A stretch of DNA of 63,959 nucleotides, filler included, from an uncultured bacterium (GCA_965372715.1; 4 parts of 4 records of this genome joined end to end with filler, not necessarily neighbours in it); one strand, 5' to 3'; positions 51,989-62,189 are shown, counted from the whole stretch's first letter. Notes: a model not told the origin generated them from the letters alone. Numbers and translations: made by a program.

Positions 51989-53260
51989 TCAGCTCTTGAC
52001 GATGATCGGGGCGAAGCCGAGGTCGCCAAAGAGCTTATCGACGAATCGCATGGCGCGGGACTCGACCTTGAGCAGGGCGAGATGCTCGTTGTGGCGCACG
52101 TATTGGCGCTCGACCAGCTGAATTGCCCTGGCGAAATCCGCTGGCTCGACGTTGTCTCTGCCGTCCTGAAGGGCGAATACTTCGGACAGCCACTTGGTCA
52201 CGCCATAGATGAGCAGAAGCATGTTATACCCTCTGAAGAGGCCGTATTCAGAGACGAAGGTCTTGCGAAAGATGCAATGCGTCATGTATCTTTCTGCGAG
52301 GTCGTTGACCTGCTCGTTCTCTGGGTCGAACTCTATATCGCATAATCTTCTGATCGGCACGGGCGCAGAAAGCACTGGCACCCTGATTTTGCCGACGTTC
52401 AACGTCAGCTTGACGTTGTTGACCCATGTGCGCAGCAGGACACTCAGCTTGCCCCTCTTCTCGGAGGCGCTCGATGCAAACGTGAGGAACGTTACCACAA
52501 AGACCTGCTGCCGGTGCTTCGATGACATCTTTTCGCTCTTCTTGGCAATCTCGTAGAGCTTAAAGATGTGCTTGGGCGCGAACTTCTTAAGCCGCTTCTG
52601 AACTGGCTCTAGGCCCAGGACGATCTTCTCGTCGTCATAGACATTCTTGGTGAGGCTATAAAGGAATACATTTCCCGCTATGAGGCGGTCCTCGACCGTG
52701 CGTCGCCGGTCGGAGAGGATACTGAGCAGCCTCTCCTCAATGAGCAGGTAAGCATCGTAAGTGATTGAGGTTCTGCTCTTCAGGAGGACCTTGTCGCCGA
52801 CCGTAACCTTTCGCCCTGTCTTGGCATAGAGCTTCTCAAGTTCTGGGCGATACCGCTCAATGTCAATGCCTCGTTGATGCAGGACCTCATTGCAGACGAA
52901 TGAGACGTCAACCACAACGCCTCGAGGCGTCTCGACAAACCTGAACGGAAGCTCACGGCAGACAAATGGCTTGGCGTCGTAACCCAGCCGTTTGTGAACG
53001 ACGCAGAGGTTGTCCTTGTCGAGAAGTGGACAGCCGGCTGTCAACTCATCGGGCACAATGACGCCACCAACGCCCGTCTTGTCGTCTTGCTTTCGAGGAG
53101 GCGCAACGGAAGACCTGATGTCGTCCGGGAGGTTGTCAAGACACTCCTTCTCGACCTCGACGAGCCTTCGCTGGCGGCAGCAGTAACCGCATCCGACGCA
53201 CTGATAACGTGTGTTCGATGGGAAAATGAACTCTGGTCTATCGGTAAGATTGGTATCCAA
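51989..53260 (-). CDS. YkgJ/FliB-like cysteine-cluster (CxxCxxCC) protein
   Basis: CVGCGYCC, CPLL...LCVVH......KPFVCRELPF. Confidence 0.75.
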   Translation of the reverse strand: MDTNLTDRPEFIFPSNTRYQCVGCGYCCRQRRLVEVEKECLDNLPDDIRSSVAPPRKQDDKTGVGGVIVPDELTAGCPLLDKDNLCVVHKRLGYDAKPFVCRELPFRFVETPRGVVVDVSFVCNEVLHQRGIDIERYRPELEKLYAKTGRKVTVGDKVLLKSRTSITYDAYLLIEERLLSILSDRRRTVEDRLIAGNVFLYSLTKNVYDDEKIVLGLEPVQKRLKKFAPKHIFKLYEIAKKSEKMSSKHRQQVFVVTFLTFASSASEKRGKLSVLLRTWVNNVKLTLNVGKIRVPVLSAPVPIRRLCDIEFDPENEQVNDLAERYMTHCIFRKTFVSEYGLFRGYNMLLLIYGVTKWLSEVFALQDGRDNVEPADFARAIQLVERQYVRHNEHLALLKVESRAMRFVDKLFGDLGFAPIIVKS

Positions 53261-53329
53261 TCGCTTCTCATTCCGTTGGGCTTTGCAGGAGCGGCTCAGG
53301 GAGGCTGGGGCACAGGTCGGTCCCGGGCG

Positions 53330-53435
53330 CGTAGGGGCACGGTCTCGGACCCGCCCGTTCCAATTGATTGCCCTATCGATAATGCTGTATTCAACTAGAC
53401 AGAGTTAGACGGGCGGGTCTGAGACCCGCCACTAC
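53330..53435. repeat. REPIN-like element
   Basis: Inverted homologue of 48239-48347. Confidence 0.8.
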
Positions 53436-53513
53436 AAAGCATTTTCGGCCATCGCAACGCCTGTGGACGGCGCTTTACGTAACCTAGAGAACCAGCCTCA
53501 CTCAGCTCGAGTA

Positions 53514-53720
53514 TTATTCAGCCTGGCCCGGGCCCGATTTATCGCCGCAAGGGCACATCAACCAAAGCCTGGCCCAAACCGCGAAGCCCAGGCAGACCAT
53601 TGTGAACCGCCAGACGCCTGTGGCCGTTACGAACAGCCTTATGCCGAACAACTTGAAGACTATTGAGACGATGAAACCAATGACGGCAAGAACAATCGCC
53701 GTCTTCTCCAGTCCTTCCAT
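53514..53720 (-). CDS. Small two-TM membrane protein (68 aa)
   Basis: GGAGGG RBS before ATG 53720; MEGLEKTAIVLAVIGFIVSIVFKLFG... Confidence 0.6.
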   Translation of the reverse strand: MEGLEKTAIVLAVIGFIVSIVFKLFGIRLFVTATGVWRFTMVCLGFAVWARLWLMCPCGDKSGPGQAE

Positions 53721-54088
53721 GATTCCCTCCTTCGACTGACACGAATAGCAACTGGTTATCTTCCGTACCCACGAAGCGTATCGCCAACGTTGTGAATTGT
53801 CAAAGGCAAGTTCTAACTGGGTTTGACTCTGGATAGCAGACAATGTTGGGTTCATACCATGAGGCCTGTGGAAGATGCGGTCCATGTTGCCATCTCCGAC
53901 ATAGGATGACTTGATGAGTCCCTCATCGCCCGGCGAAAGCGGTGGCGATGTAAAGGGCTATCATTGTCCTAGCCCATCTTCAGATGGGGGATCTAGGGCA
54001 GCCCGACACCCTCTCCTCTGTCCTTTTCAGGTGAGGATTCCGGGGAGGAGGAGGGAGCGCCTCGCGTCCTCAAGTCACCCGACTGGAA

Positions 54089-54303
54089 GTGTTAAGATAA
54101 TGAGAGCCATCTATATAACCGCGTTGAAACGCGGTCCAGATGACTGCAGACTCTGCCTACAATCCGGAGTCACACCCTTCTAGCTCACCCCAGAGACGAC
54201 GAGCCTTAAGCCCTAACAATTATACGCATATTCATGGAGTTAGATATCTCTGACTCACCGCGTTTCAACGCGGTGATATGAATGGCTCTTATTATTCTAA
54301 CAC
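54089..54303. repeat. Element bounded by 47-bp imperfect inverted repeats containing the palindrome ACCGCGTTGAAACGCGGT
   Basis: 54089-54135 matches the reverse complement of 54257-54303; related ccccacgttgaaacgtgggg at ~54465. Confidence 0.8.
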
Positions 54304-54723
54304 CCGAATTCATTCGGGTGACGGCTGCACCTCAAGAGCCTCATCCTCCCTCCAGAGAATTCGCTCCTGAAGAGGATGCATGGGGGGCGGCCTGAAATCT
54401 GACCTCACATCAACCGTTTGTGCGACCCCTTCAGGGTCGGTTCTTCGGCGCCTGCCGACCGAATCCCCACGTTGAAACGTGGGGCTATTCACGTTATTCC
54501 CCTTCAGAGAATACGATTTATAGAACACAACAGACAGCCCTCATCAACCCAAAATATGCGCGTGATTGTTAGCCTTAAGACGGGCTCACCACATATATTG
54601 GCTCTTCGCTTAAGACTCCTCGCCTTTTTCCCGATGTGATCGCTTAGGACAGCAGACTCTGGCGACTTTTCGAGCAGTCTTTGGACTCCCCGAAAAGCAT
54701 AGTTACCAACGGAGGAGAATAAC

Positions 54724-57678
54724 ATGAAGACACCGGTCGAGGGCGGAATAATGGCTAGTTCTCTAGCAGCCTTCGCTGCATTGACAATGCTCCTGCCAGC
54801 AATCGGCATGGCGGCGCCGACGATTACAATCTACACCGACGTGGCGAGCTACGACCCGGGCGATAGGATCGAGGTCAGCCTTTCGGCTGAGAACTACGAT
54901 ACCGAAATCACGGTTGATGTGTACATCGGCACGATCATGCCAGATGGCACGGTAATGACGCATGGCCAATCCGGGTTCAGTATCTTCATGCAGCCCTGGA
55001 TACGGGACATTTACGTCCCGGCGCCGTTTTCTATGGACAGAACGCCCTTCATCTGGCTCTGCGCGCCCCAGGGCCTCGAGGGCGACTATCTACTCGCGGC
55101 CGGCATGGCAAACCCTTCGACAACTGAATTCTTGGGCGAGATAAGCTTCGCGGCCTTCAGGATCGAGAGCGATCCGACATCTCCGAGGGCATTCATCGAT
55201 TCAATCTCACCCAGCCCTGCGATTGTGGGCGTTGATTTGGTTCAGTTCCGGGGTCACTCGGAGCGCCTCGGTGGGTCGATTGTGGCGCACGAGTGGTGTT
55301 CCGATCTCGATGGCGTGCTGAGCAATGTGGAGGATTTTGACAAGTCTGCGAGCAACCTTAGCCTGGGCGAGCACACGATTTCATACACAGTGCAGGACGA
55401 TGATAGCAGATGGGCCGCTCCCGCCACGGAGTTCCTCGTCATTGAAGCGCCGAATGCCGCCCCAAAGGGCTACATTGACTCTATTTGGCCAAATCCCGCG
55501 GCCCAGGATGAAGGCTCAGTAACGTTTCTCGGTCACGGAACGGACAGCGACGGCACAATCGCGACGTTCGAGTGGAGCTCCAATCTCGATGGCATTCTCA
55601 GCACAGCTGAGGACTTCGAGGAATATGCGTCCTCGCTTACCGCGGGCTCGCACATCATCTCCTATCGCGTCAAGGATGACGGTAACCAGTGGTCTGAGGC
55701 GGCCACGGCAATGCTAACTGTCACGCCGGCGCCTGGCATACCGCTGGCAGTCATTGATTCCATAAATCCAAACCCGGCTGTTCAGAGTGAGGACACGCTG
55801 CAATTTCGTGGGCACGGAGAGAGCGAGAACGCGTCTATTGAGGCCCACGAATGGTGTTCGGACATAGACGGTATTCTCAGTGCTGTGGAGGATTTTGAAG
55901 TATCTACGAGCGCTCTCGCACTCGGGACGCACACGATCTCGTATCGAGTCCGGGACGATAATGGACGCTGGTCCGAACCAGCGACGGAAGAACTGATCAT
56001 CCAGGCTGAAGAAGACGCGCCTCAAGCATACATTGACGCCATCTGGCCGAATCCCGCGACCCAGGGCCGGGACACAGTGGACTTTGCGGGCCACGGCGCG
56101 GTTGACAATGGCTCGATCGAGGCGCACGAGTGGAGCTCCAGCTTGGATGGCCTGCTGAGCACGAGCGAGGATTTCAGCGAATTGGCAAGCAATCTGACGT
56201 CGGGCAGACATACGATCTACTACCGAGTCAAGAACAACGGCGGGCGGTGGTCCAATCACGCTACGGACACTCTGGTCATCGAGTCGCGCACGCCGCTGCC
56301 ATCCGCGCATATCGACATGATATTGCCCAATCCTGCTTCGCAACAGAGCGACACGGTGCAGTTCCGTGGGCATGGGGAGAGTCAAAGCGGGCCGATCGTC
56401 AGCCACGAGTGGTATTCGAGCCTCGATGGGATGATCAGTTTTGTCGAGGACTTCTCGGTTGAAGCGAGCGACCTGTCGGTTGGGACACACACAATCTCAT
56501 ATCGCGTGCAGGACGCCGATGGCCTCTGGTCCGCCGCGGTGACCGAAAGCCTCATCATCGAGGAATGGGACTCTTCGCTGATGGCGTTTATCGACTCGAT
56601 AACGCCGAATCCAGCCACGCAGGGCGAGGACACGGTGGAGTTCACGGGCCACGGAGTAGATGCTGAGGGCACGATTCAGGGCTTTGAATGGAGCTCCAGC
56701 CTCGACGGGACACTGAGCATCGAGGCGGAGTTCTCGTTGGCCGCGAGCGATCTTACGGTGGGGACGCATAGGGTCTCGTTCAGGGCCCAGAATGGCGAGG
56801 GAGAATGGTCTCAGGCTGCTACGGAGACGCTGGTTATCATCGGGACCAATAGCCCGCCACAGGCAGTCATTGACTCAATCTCGCCGAATCCGGCCACCCA
56901 GGGCGAGGACACGGTGGCCTTCACAGGGAGCGGCACGGACGACGACGGGACGATAGCCGGATATGAATGGAGCTCTGACCTCGACGGATTGCTCAGCACG
57001 GAGGCAAGTTTCTCAATAGCCGCGAGTGAGCTAACAGTCGGGACGCACATTATCTCATTCGAGGTTCAGGATGACGATGGTGAATGGTCAGAAGTCGTAA
57101 CCTCGAGCCTCGAGGTGCAGGCCGGCAACGGCATCCCAACAGCTTACCTCGACGCGATCTGGCCGAATCCGGCGGTGCAGGGCGACGACACTGTGAACTT
57201 CTGCGGCCACGGGTTGGATAGTGACGGCACAATCGCGGCCTTCGAGTGGAGCTCCGACCTGGACGGCGCACTCAGCACGCTGGAGGACTTCGAGCTCGCC
57301 GCCGCCTCAATGACGATCGGCACGCATGTGGTCTCGTTCCGCGTGCAGGACAATGACGGCCTCTGGTCAAACGCAAAAACCACAAGCCTCGTCATCCGTG
57401 CATATCCAACGGCGGTCATCGACGTGATCTATCCGAGTCCGGCGACGCAAGGCGTGGACACGGTTCATTTCATGGGCCACGGTGAGAGCCAGGGCAGCAC
57501 TATCTCGGCCTACGAGTGGTCCTCAGACCTCGACGGGGCTCTCGGTTCGGAAGCGTCCTTCTCCCTGGAAGCGAGCGACCTGTCGGTTGGGACACACACA
57601 ATCTCATATCGCGTGCAGGACGCCGATGGCCTCTGGTCCGCCGCGGCTACCGAGAGCCTCATCATCGCCGCTGAGTAG
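54724..57678 (+). CDS. Secreted protein with an N-terminal 'VDVY' domain and nine tandem PKD/Ig-like repeats
   Basis: Signal peptide; nine ~92-aa units P-x-A-x-ID-x-I-x-PNPA...F-x-GHG...EWSSDLDG...G-x-H-x-IS-(Y/F)-RV-x-D-x-DG-x-WS. Confidence 0.85.
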   Translation: MKTPVEGGIMASSLAAFAALTMLLPAIGMAAPTITIYTDVASYDPGDRIEVSLSAENYDTEITVDVYIGTIMPDGTVMTHGQSGFSIFMQPWIRDIYVPAPFSMDRTPFIWLCAPQGLEGDYLLAAGMANPSTTEFLGEISFAAFRIESDPTSPRAFIDSISPSPAIVGVDLVQFRGHSERLGGSIVAHEWCSDLDGVLSNVEDFDKSASNLSLGEHTISYTVQDDDSRWAAPATEFLVIEAPNAAPKGYIDSIWPNPAAQDEGSVTFLGHGTDSDGTIATFEWSSNLDGILSTAEDFEEYASSLTAGSHIISYRVKDDGNQWSEAATAMLTVTPAPGIPLAVIDSINPNPAVQSEDTLQFRGHGESENASIEAHEWCSDIDGILSAVEDFEVSTSALALGTHTISYRVRDDNGRWSEPATEELIIQAEEDAPQAYIDAIWPNPATQGRDTVDFAGHGAVDNGSIEAHEWSSSLDGLLSTSEDFSELASNLTSGRHTIYYRVKNNGGRWSNHATDTLVIESRTPLPSAHIDMILPNPASQQSDTVQFRGHGESQSGPIVSHEWYSSLDGMISFVEDFSVEASDLSVGTHTISYRVQDADGLWSAAVTESLIIEEWDSSLMAFIDSITPNPATQGEDTVEFTGHGVDAEGTIQGFEWSSSLDGTLSIEAEFSLAASDLTVGTHRVSFRAQNGEGEWSQAATETLVIIGTNSPPQAVIDSISPNPATQGEDTVAFTGSGTDDDGTIAGYEWSSDLDGLLSTEASFSIAASELTVGTHIISFEVQDDDGEWSEVVTSSLEVQAGNGIPTAYLDAIWPNPAVQGDDTVNFCGHGLDSDGTIAAFEWSSDLDGALSTLEDFELAAASMTIGTHVVSFRVQDNDGLWSNAKTTSLVIRAYPTAVIDVIYPSPATQGVDTVHFMGHGESQGSTISAYEWSSDLDGALGSEASFSLEASDLSVGTHTISYRVQDADGLWSAAATESLIIAAE

Positions 57679-57869
57679 CGGAGTTACACCAATTCGAGAG
57701 GCTGGGTCATGATTCGGTGTCTGGCCTCGTAGGGGCGCGTGCTTGCCCCGCCCTTCATACATTCGACAGACAATAGTAAAAGGGTGCAGTTCGCCGCGCT
57801 GCGAACACCCCTACCCCGAATAATTCAAGGGCATGACTCTCGTCGGTGTGGGGCAGGCTTTCCAGCCTG

Positions 57870-57969
57870 NNNNNNNNNNNNNNNNNNNNNNNNNNNNNNN
57901 NNNNNNNNNNNNNTTAATTAATTAANNNNNNNNNNNNNNNNNNNNNNNNNNNNNNNNNNNNNNNNNNNN
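57870..57969. other. Artificial contig linker
   Basis: N44-TTAATTAATTAA-N44. Confidence 0.98.
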
Positions 57970-58118
57970 CAAGCCGCCGCACTCCAAAAGGCCAGAGCCG
58001 CCGGCGTCAATCTGATTTTTCGGGCCTCAGTCCCTCTGATTGACTTGCGACCCACGTTGGGACAGTATCGCAAGACTCGAATCCGACCAGTTGAATACCT
58101 CGAAGGGCTGTGGAAACC

Positions 58119-59021
58119 ATGAACGTGCTCACGTCGCATCTTGGGGAAACGTTCGCAATACTCTGCGGTCTGTTTTGGGCGATGGCCGTGTGCCTTTTCA
58201 AAAAGAGCGGCGAGACCATGCGGCCGATGTCGCTCAATCTCTTCAAGAACTCACTGGCGGTTGGGTTCTTCGCCATCACGCTTGCCGTCTTGCGTCAGCC
58301 GCTCATCATCGATGCGCCCCCGAGGGACTACATTCTGGTGATTCTAAGCGGCGTTATTGGGATGACGGTTGCGGACACGCTCTTTCTCTCGAGTCTGAAC
58401 AAGATTGGCGCCAGCCTGTGGGGATTGGTCGATTGCCTCTACACGCCCAGCGTCATCGTGCTTGCCTTCTTTCTGCTGGGCGAACGGCTTACCTGGTCTG
58501 ATCTCGTCGGGGGAGTGCTAATTATCTCTGCCATACTTATTGCCGCGCTGAATCTCGGGGAGCTGAGGGATTTGCACGGCAATGGTGTTGCAACCGGCGT
58601 CATGCGGGGCGTCGTCGCCATCGTGTTAATGGCCTTGGGCGCGGTGATAATGAAGCCGGTGCTTCAGGCCGGGCGCCCCCTTGTTTGGGTAACGCAGATG
58701 AGGCTCATCGCCGGCACGATAGGCGTCATAGCAATCGCACTGTTCCGCCGGGACAGGTGGTCGGTTTTCGCAGGGATGTGGCCCGGTCGTGGATGGAAAT
58801 ACACGGTGGCAGGCGCCTTTCTAGGGCCCTATATCACTGTATTGCTCTGGGTTGCGGGGATGAAATACATTCAGGTGTCGGTCGCGGCCATGCTAAATCA
58901 GTTGAGCGTCTTCTTCATATTCATCTTCGCCTATTTCTTCCTCAAGGAGCCGCTCTCATTCCGCAAGATGCTGGCTCTTGTCGTCGCTTTAGTCGGCGTG
59001 GCGTTTGTCGTGGGATTCTAG
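58119..59021 (+). CDS. DMT/EamA family transporter
   Basis: About ten TM helices in two repeats (LLGERL / FLKEPL). Confidence 0.88.
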   Translation: MNVLTSHLGETFAILCGLFWAMAVCLFKKSGETMRPMSLNLFKNSLAVGFFAITLAVLRQPLIIDAPPRDYILVILSGVIGMTVADTLFLSSLNKIGASLWGLVDCLYTPSVIVLAFFLLGERLTWSDLVGGVLIISAILIAALNLGELRDLHGNGVATGVMRGVVAIVLMALGAVIMKPVLQAGRPLVWVTQMRLIAGTIGVIAIALFRRDRWSVFAGMWPGRGWKYTVAGAFLGPYITVLLWVAGMKYIQVSVAAMLNQLSVFFIFIFAYFFLKEPLSFRKMLALVVALVGVAFVVGF

Positions 59022-59171
59022 CCTGTAAAGGCGCTAGCCAGGTATCGGGCCGTTAAGGGATTGGCTTCTTGCTGAGGCTCAAATCGACGTCAGGTTCTAT
59101 GTAAAAGCGAGCAAATAGGAGGCTGGGCTTGCATTCAGCCCTTCTCTGATGTGACTGAACCTATCAAGGGC

Positions 59172-60386
59172 TCATCGCGCCGCCAACGCCAGGACCGCGG
59201 TAAGTACAGCGTCTGCAAGCTCGGTCTTGGGCGCGAGCTCTAGCTCCCTAACCTTACCATCAGGCCATATCATTGTCGCCGTGATTGTGTCCACCTCGAA
59301 TCCCGAATCGGGCGCGGAGACATCGTTGGCAACTATCAGGTCGAGGTTCTTGGTGAAGAGCTTCTGCCTCGCGTTTTCCACAACGTTCTCAGTTTCCGCG
59401 GCGAACCCGACGATGATTTGTCCCATTGCCCTAATCTGCCCGACCTCCGTCAGGATGTCTAGGGTGCGACGAAGCTCCAAAGAGAGCTTATCAGGCCCCT
59501 TTTTCAGCTTCTGTGGCACTGCATTCAACGGAGCATAATCCGCCACCGCGGCGGCCATTATCAAGACCTGCTGCGATGGCAGCGCCTCAAGGATGGCATC
59601 CCGCATCTCCTCAGCCGATATGACATTCATAACGTCAATGCCCAATAGCGGCTCTAGAGCAGTGGGCCCAGCTACAAGCGTAACATTCGCGCCTCGCACA
59701 GCCGCTGCTCTCGCGAGGGCAAAGCCCATCTTGCCAGATGAGCGATTCGAGAGGAACCTGACCGGATCGATCATCTCTCGTGTTGGGCCCGCCGAGATGA
59801 GGACGTTCAGACCCTTCAGGTCGCGCCCGTGTCGCACAAGCGAGGCAACAGCGTCAACGATCGTGGCTGGGTCCGACATCCTGCCCTGGCCGGAGGTCCC
59901 GCACGCCAGTTCGCCAGACTCGGGACCGATGAACGAGGCGCCTAGCTCGCGGAGCCTCTTGATGTTTTGCTGCACCACAGCGTTTGCGAACATTCGAGCG
60001 TTCATTGCGGGCGCGATGATGATAGGGCATTCGCACGACAAAAAAACTGTGCTCAGGAGGTCATCCGCGATGCCGCCGGTGAACTTGCCGATGATGTTGG
60101 CGGTGGCCGGTGCGACGAGCAACCCGTCCGCCCACTCGGACAGCGAGATGTGACCTATAATCTCATTCCTAGAACGAGCGAACATCTCAGAATAGACGGG
60201 ATGCCCAGAAAGCGTTGCGAGCGTCTCAGCGCCGATGAACCTCGCGCCGTTCTCAGTAAGAATAACCTTGACATCAAAGCCTCGTTTCGTGAGAAGCCGC
60301 AGCGTCTCGGCTGATTTGTAGGCCGCAATGCTGCCGGTAACGCCGAGGAGAATGTTGCCCGGACGCGCGTCATTCTCTGTCATCAT
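59172..60386 (-). CDS. coaBC: Phosphopantothenoylcysteine decarboxylase/ligase
   Basis: GVTGSIAAYK, APATAN, APAMN, LACG..G.GR, DPVRFLSNRSSGKMG, GFAAET. Confidence 0.97.
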   Translation of the reverse strand: MMTENDARPGNILLGVTGSIAAYKSAETLRLLTKRGFDVKVILTENGARFIGAETLATLSGHPVYSEMFARSRNEIIGHISLSEWADGLLVAPATANIIGKFTGGIADDLLSTVFLSCECPIIIAPAMNARMFANAVVQQNIKRLRELGASFIGPESGELACGTSGQGRMSDPATIVDAVASLVRHGRDLKGLNVLISAGPTREMIDPVRFLSNRSSGKMGFALARAAAVRGANVTLVAGPTALEPLLGIDVMNVISAEEMRDAILEALPSQQVLIMAAAVADYAPLNAVPQKLKKGPDKLSLELRRTLDILTEVGQIRAMGQIIVGFAAETENVVENARQKLFTKNLDLIVANDVSAPDSGFEVDTITATMIWPDGKVRELELAPKTELADAVLTAVLALAAR

Positions 60387-60407
60387 CTCCTGGCATGTCC
60401 TCAACAA

Positions 60408-60749
60408 TCATGTGGCTGAAGAGCGTTCATATATGACTCTTCCCTCAAGCCAGGCCGGCCGCGCCACAGTGCCCGGAATCTGGCGGTCCAGCTCAAACTC
60501 GTCCGGTGTAAGCACAATGATGTCTATTGCCAGCTCCAATCCCTCAAGAGCCCCATCCATCTCAACCATCGACGTTCGACGCTTACCTTTGATGGGACAG
60601 ACAACGAGAATATCAACATCACTGCGGTCATCCGACTTCCCGCGTGCATGAGAGCCAAACAGAATGATTCGTTCCGGCCGAAACCGCGCCACAAGACGTT
60701 TTGTGATTTTGCCCAGAGTTTGCTCGCTAATCATGTTCTCATATCCCAT
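60408..60749 (-). CDS. Minimal nucleotidyltransferase (MNT) domain protein
   Basis: PERIILFGSHARG...SDVDILVV...IDIIV. Confidence 0.88.
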   Translation of the reverse strand: MGYENMISEQTLGKITKRLVARFRPERIILFGSHARGKSDDRSDVDILVVCPIKGKRRTSMVEMDGALEGLELAIDIIVLTPDEFELDRQIPGTVARPAWLEGRVIYERSSAT

Positions 60750-60865
60750 GTCCCCCCGTTGTTGCTCACCGGACATGCGTAAACCTGCACGGGAGCTTAC
60801 CCAACTATTCCGCGTGGCCAGACTCGATTGATTGAGACCATCTCTACGTCTTGAGACCGCTATGT

Positions 60866-61297
60866 TCATCCATCGCGCTTCATTAGAACAGTGAATCCTT
60901 CCTGCTCGAAATGATGATCATTCGTCAAGACCTCTGTTAGTAACTCGGCTGTCATGACGTTCATTGAGATGCAATCGGTCAAGCTGTATTTCTTGTCAGG
61001 TCGCTTCTCAAACAGTTCAAGACCAGTCAAGAACGACTCTCTGGTTTGGGGGATGACCCTTACGTTTGGGTTGCTCAATATGGCCCGCACCATCTTCACA
61101 GCCTGGTAACGAAGACGTGTCGATTTGGAAAGCGCACTCAAGAACTCGGTAAGAACCTCGTCTGTTGTGATGATGTATATCTCGCCGAGCGTCTCCCGGA
61201 CTTCTTTGGCTACATGATGCCACGAGTCGCGCGCATCCACGACCGCAATCCAGTAGTGGGTGTCCGCAAAAACGCTGTTACCGCTTTGGAGTTCCAT
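60866..61297 (-). CDS. PIN-domain (VapC-like) toxin
   Basis: VFADT, VLTEF, YSLTDCISM, LTNDHHFEQEGF. Confidence 0.9.
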   Translation of the reverse strand: MELQSGNSVFADTHYWIAVVDARDSWHHVAKEVRETLGEIYIITTDEVLTEFLSALSKSTRLRYQAVKMVRAILSNPNVRVIPQTRESFLTGLELFEKRPDKKYSLTDCISMNVMTAELLTEVLTNDHHFEQEGFTVLMKRDG

Positions 61298-62189
61298 ATA
61301 GGTAGTGATCCAGATTGTCGGTCAGATCGTCGGGGAGCTTGTCCCATTCCTCCTGGGGCACCTCTTTCGCTAGCTCTTCCAGTACTTCCTCAATTGGCTT
61401 GGCTGAGCGGTCGAATTGACGTTCTTCAGAAACGAAATTCATCTCCACAACCTTGGTCACTCGGAGCAGCTTGCCCCGGGCCGAGTACTCGCCGAGCCCT
61501 CTCACGTGCAGACGAAGTCTCTTATGTTCTTTTAGAGCTGTCGTAACCTGTTCTTCCTGTTCAGGGGTGAAAACAGCAGTGATTCTGGTATCCTTTCCAG
61601 TTAAGATCTGGAATCGCGCCTGCCGAACATCTGCTTCAAACACTTCACCTGTCAGATCGACAAGAGCTTCGTGTGGTTTCTCAAGGTAGCCTCGCAGCTT
61701 GAGGCTCTGAGAAGATGTCATGCGCACTGGGTGTTTATTGCTGATACGCAGTTCTATTGCCTCATCGTCTCCAAGCGTCTGCCCCCATTTGGCGTACTCG
61801 TCCAGCAATTCCCTGGACATGTCTTTCGGCAAAGGTGAATCGGCTTCCAAAGCCATCAGTAGCTCATGGGCCGTGTTCACAGCCTTCGTAAGTTCCGGGG
61901 CCTGTTCTTCCCACAACACGCCCTGCACTTCCTTTTCAATATGGACCTCAAGGGGGGCAACTGCGCATCCCTTTTCGATCTTCCTGAGATAAAGGCGCAC
62001 ACGCTTTTCGAAATGCGCTGGAAGATGCCTACGGTCCGGCTTCGCCGCCAGCCAAAGCGCTTTCGCAGTTTCCGCCATCATTCGTTGAAACTGGATCAGT
62101 TCGGTCAAAGCATCCAGGTCCAAGGCGTTGTCCCTGAATCGCTCGCCCTTGAAAACGAGCCTCGCCAGCACTTTCCACTTTCCAGACAT
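61278..62189 (-). CDS. ~303-aa unknown protein with a C-terminal antitoxin-like tail
   Basis: Ends ...VPQEEWDKLPDDLTDNLDHYLYGTPKR and overlaps the PIN gene start. Confidence 0.65.
   Translation of the reverse strand: MSGKWKVLARLVFKGERFRDNALDLDALTELIQFQRMMAETAKALWLAAKPDRRHLPAHFEKRVRLYLRKIEKGCAVAPLEVHIEKEVQGVLWEEQAPELTKAVNTAHELLMALEADSPLPKDMSRELLDEYAKWGQTLGDDEAIELRISNKHPVRMTSSQSLKLRGYLEKPHEALVDLTGEVFEADVRQARFQILTGKDTRITAVFTPEQEEQVTTALKEHKRLRLHVRGLGEYSARGKLLRVTKVVEMNFVSEERQFDRSAKPIEEVLEELAKEVPQEEWDKLPDDLTDNLDHYLYGTPKR

Noticed and set aside
53910-53945. Hammerhead-like TTGATGAG...CGAAA
   Set aside because: The core should be CTGATGA and no convincing stem II forms; kept only as a generic structured-RNA candidate
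54113-54490. Repeated GTTGAAAC/GTTTCAAC resembling CRISPR repeat ends
   Set aside because: Copies are inverted, irregularly spaced and palindromic, with no spacer array or cas genes
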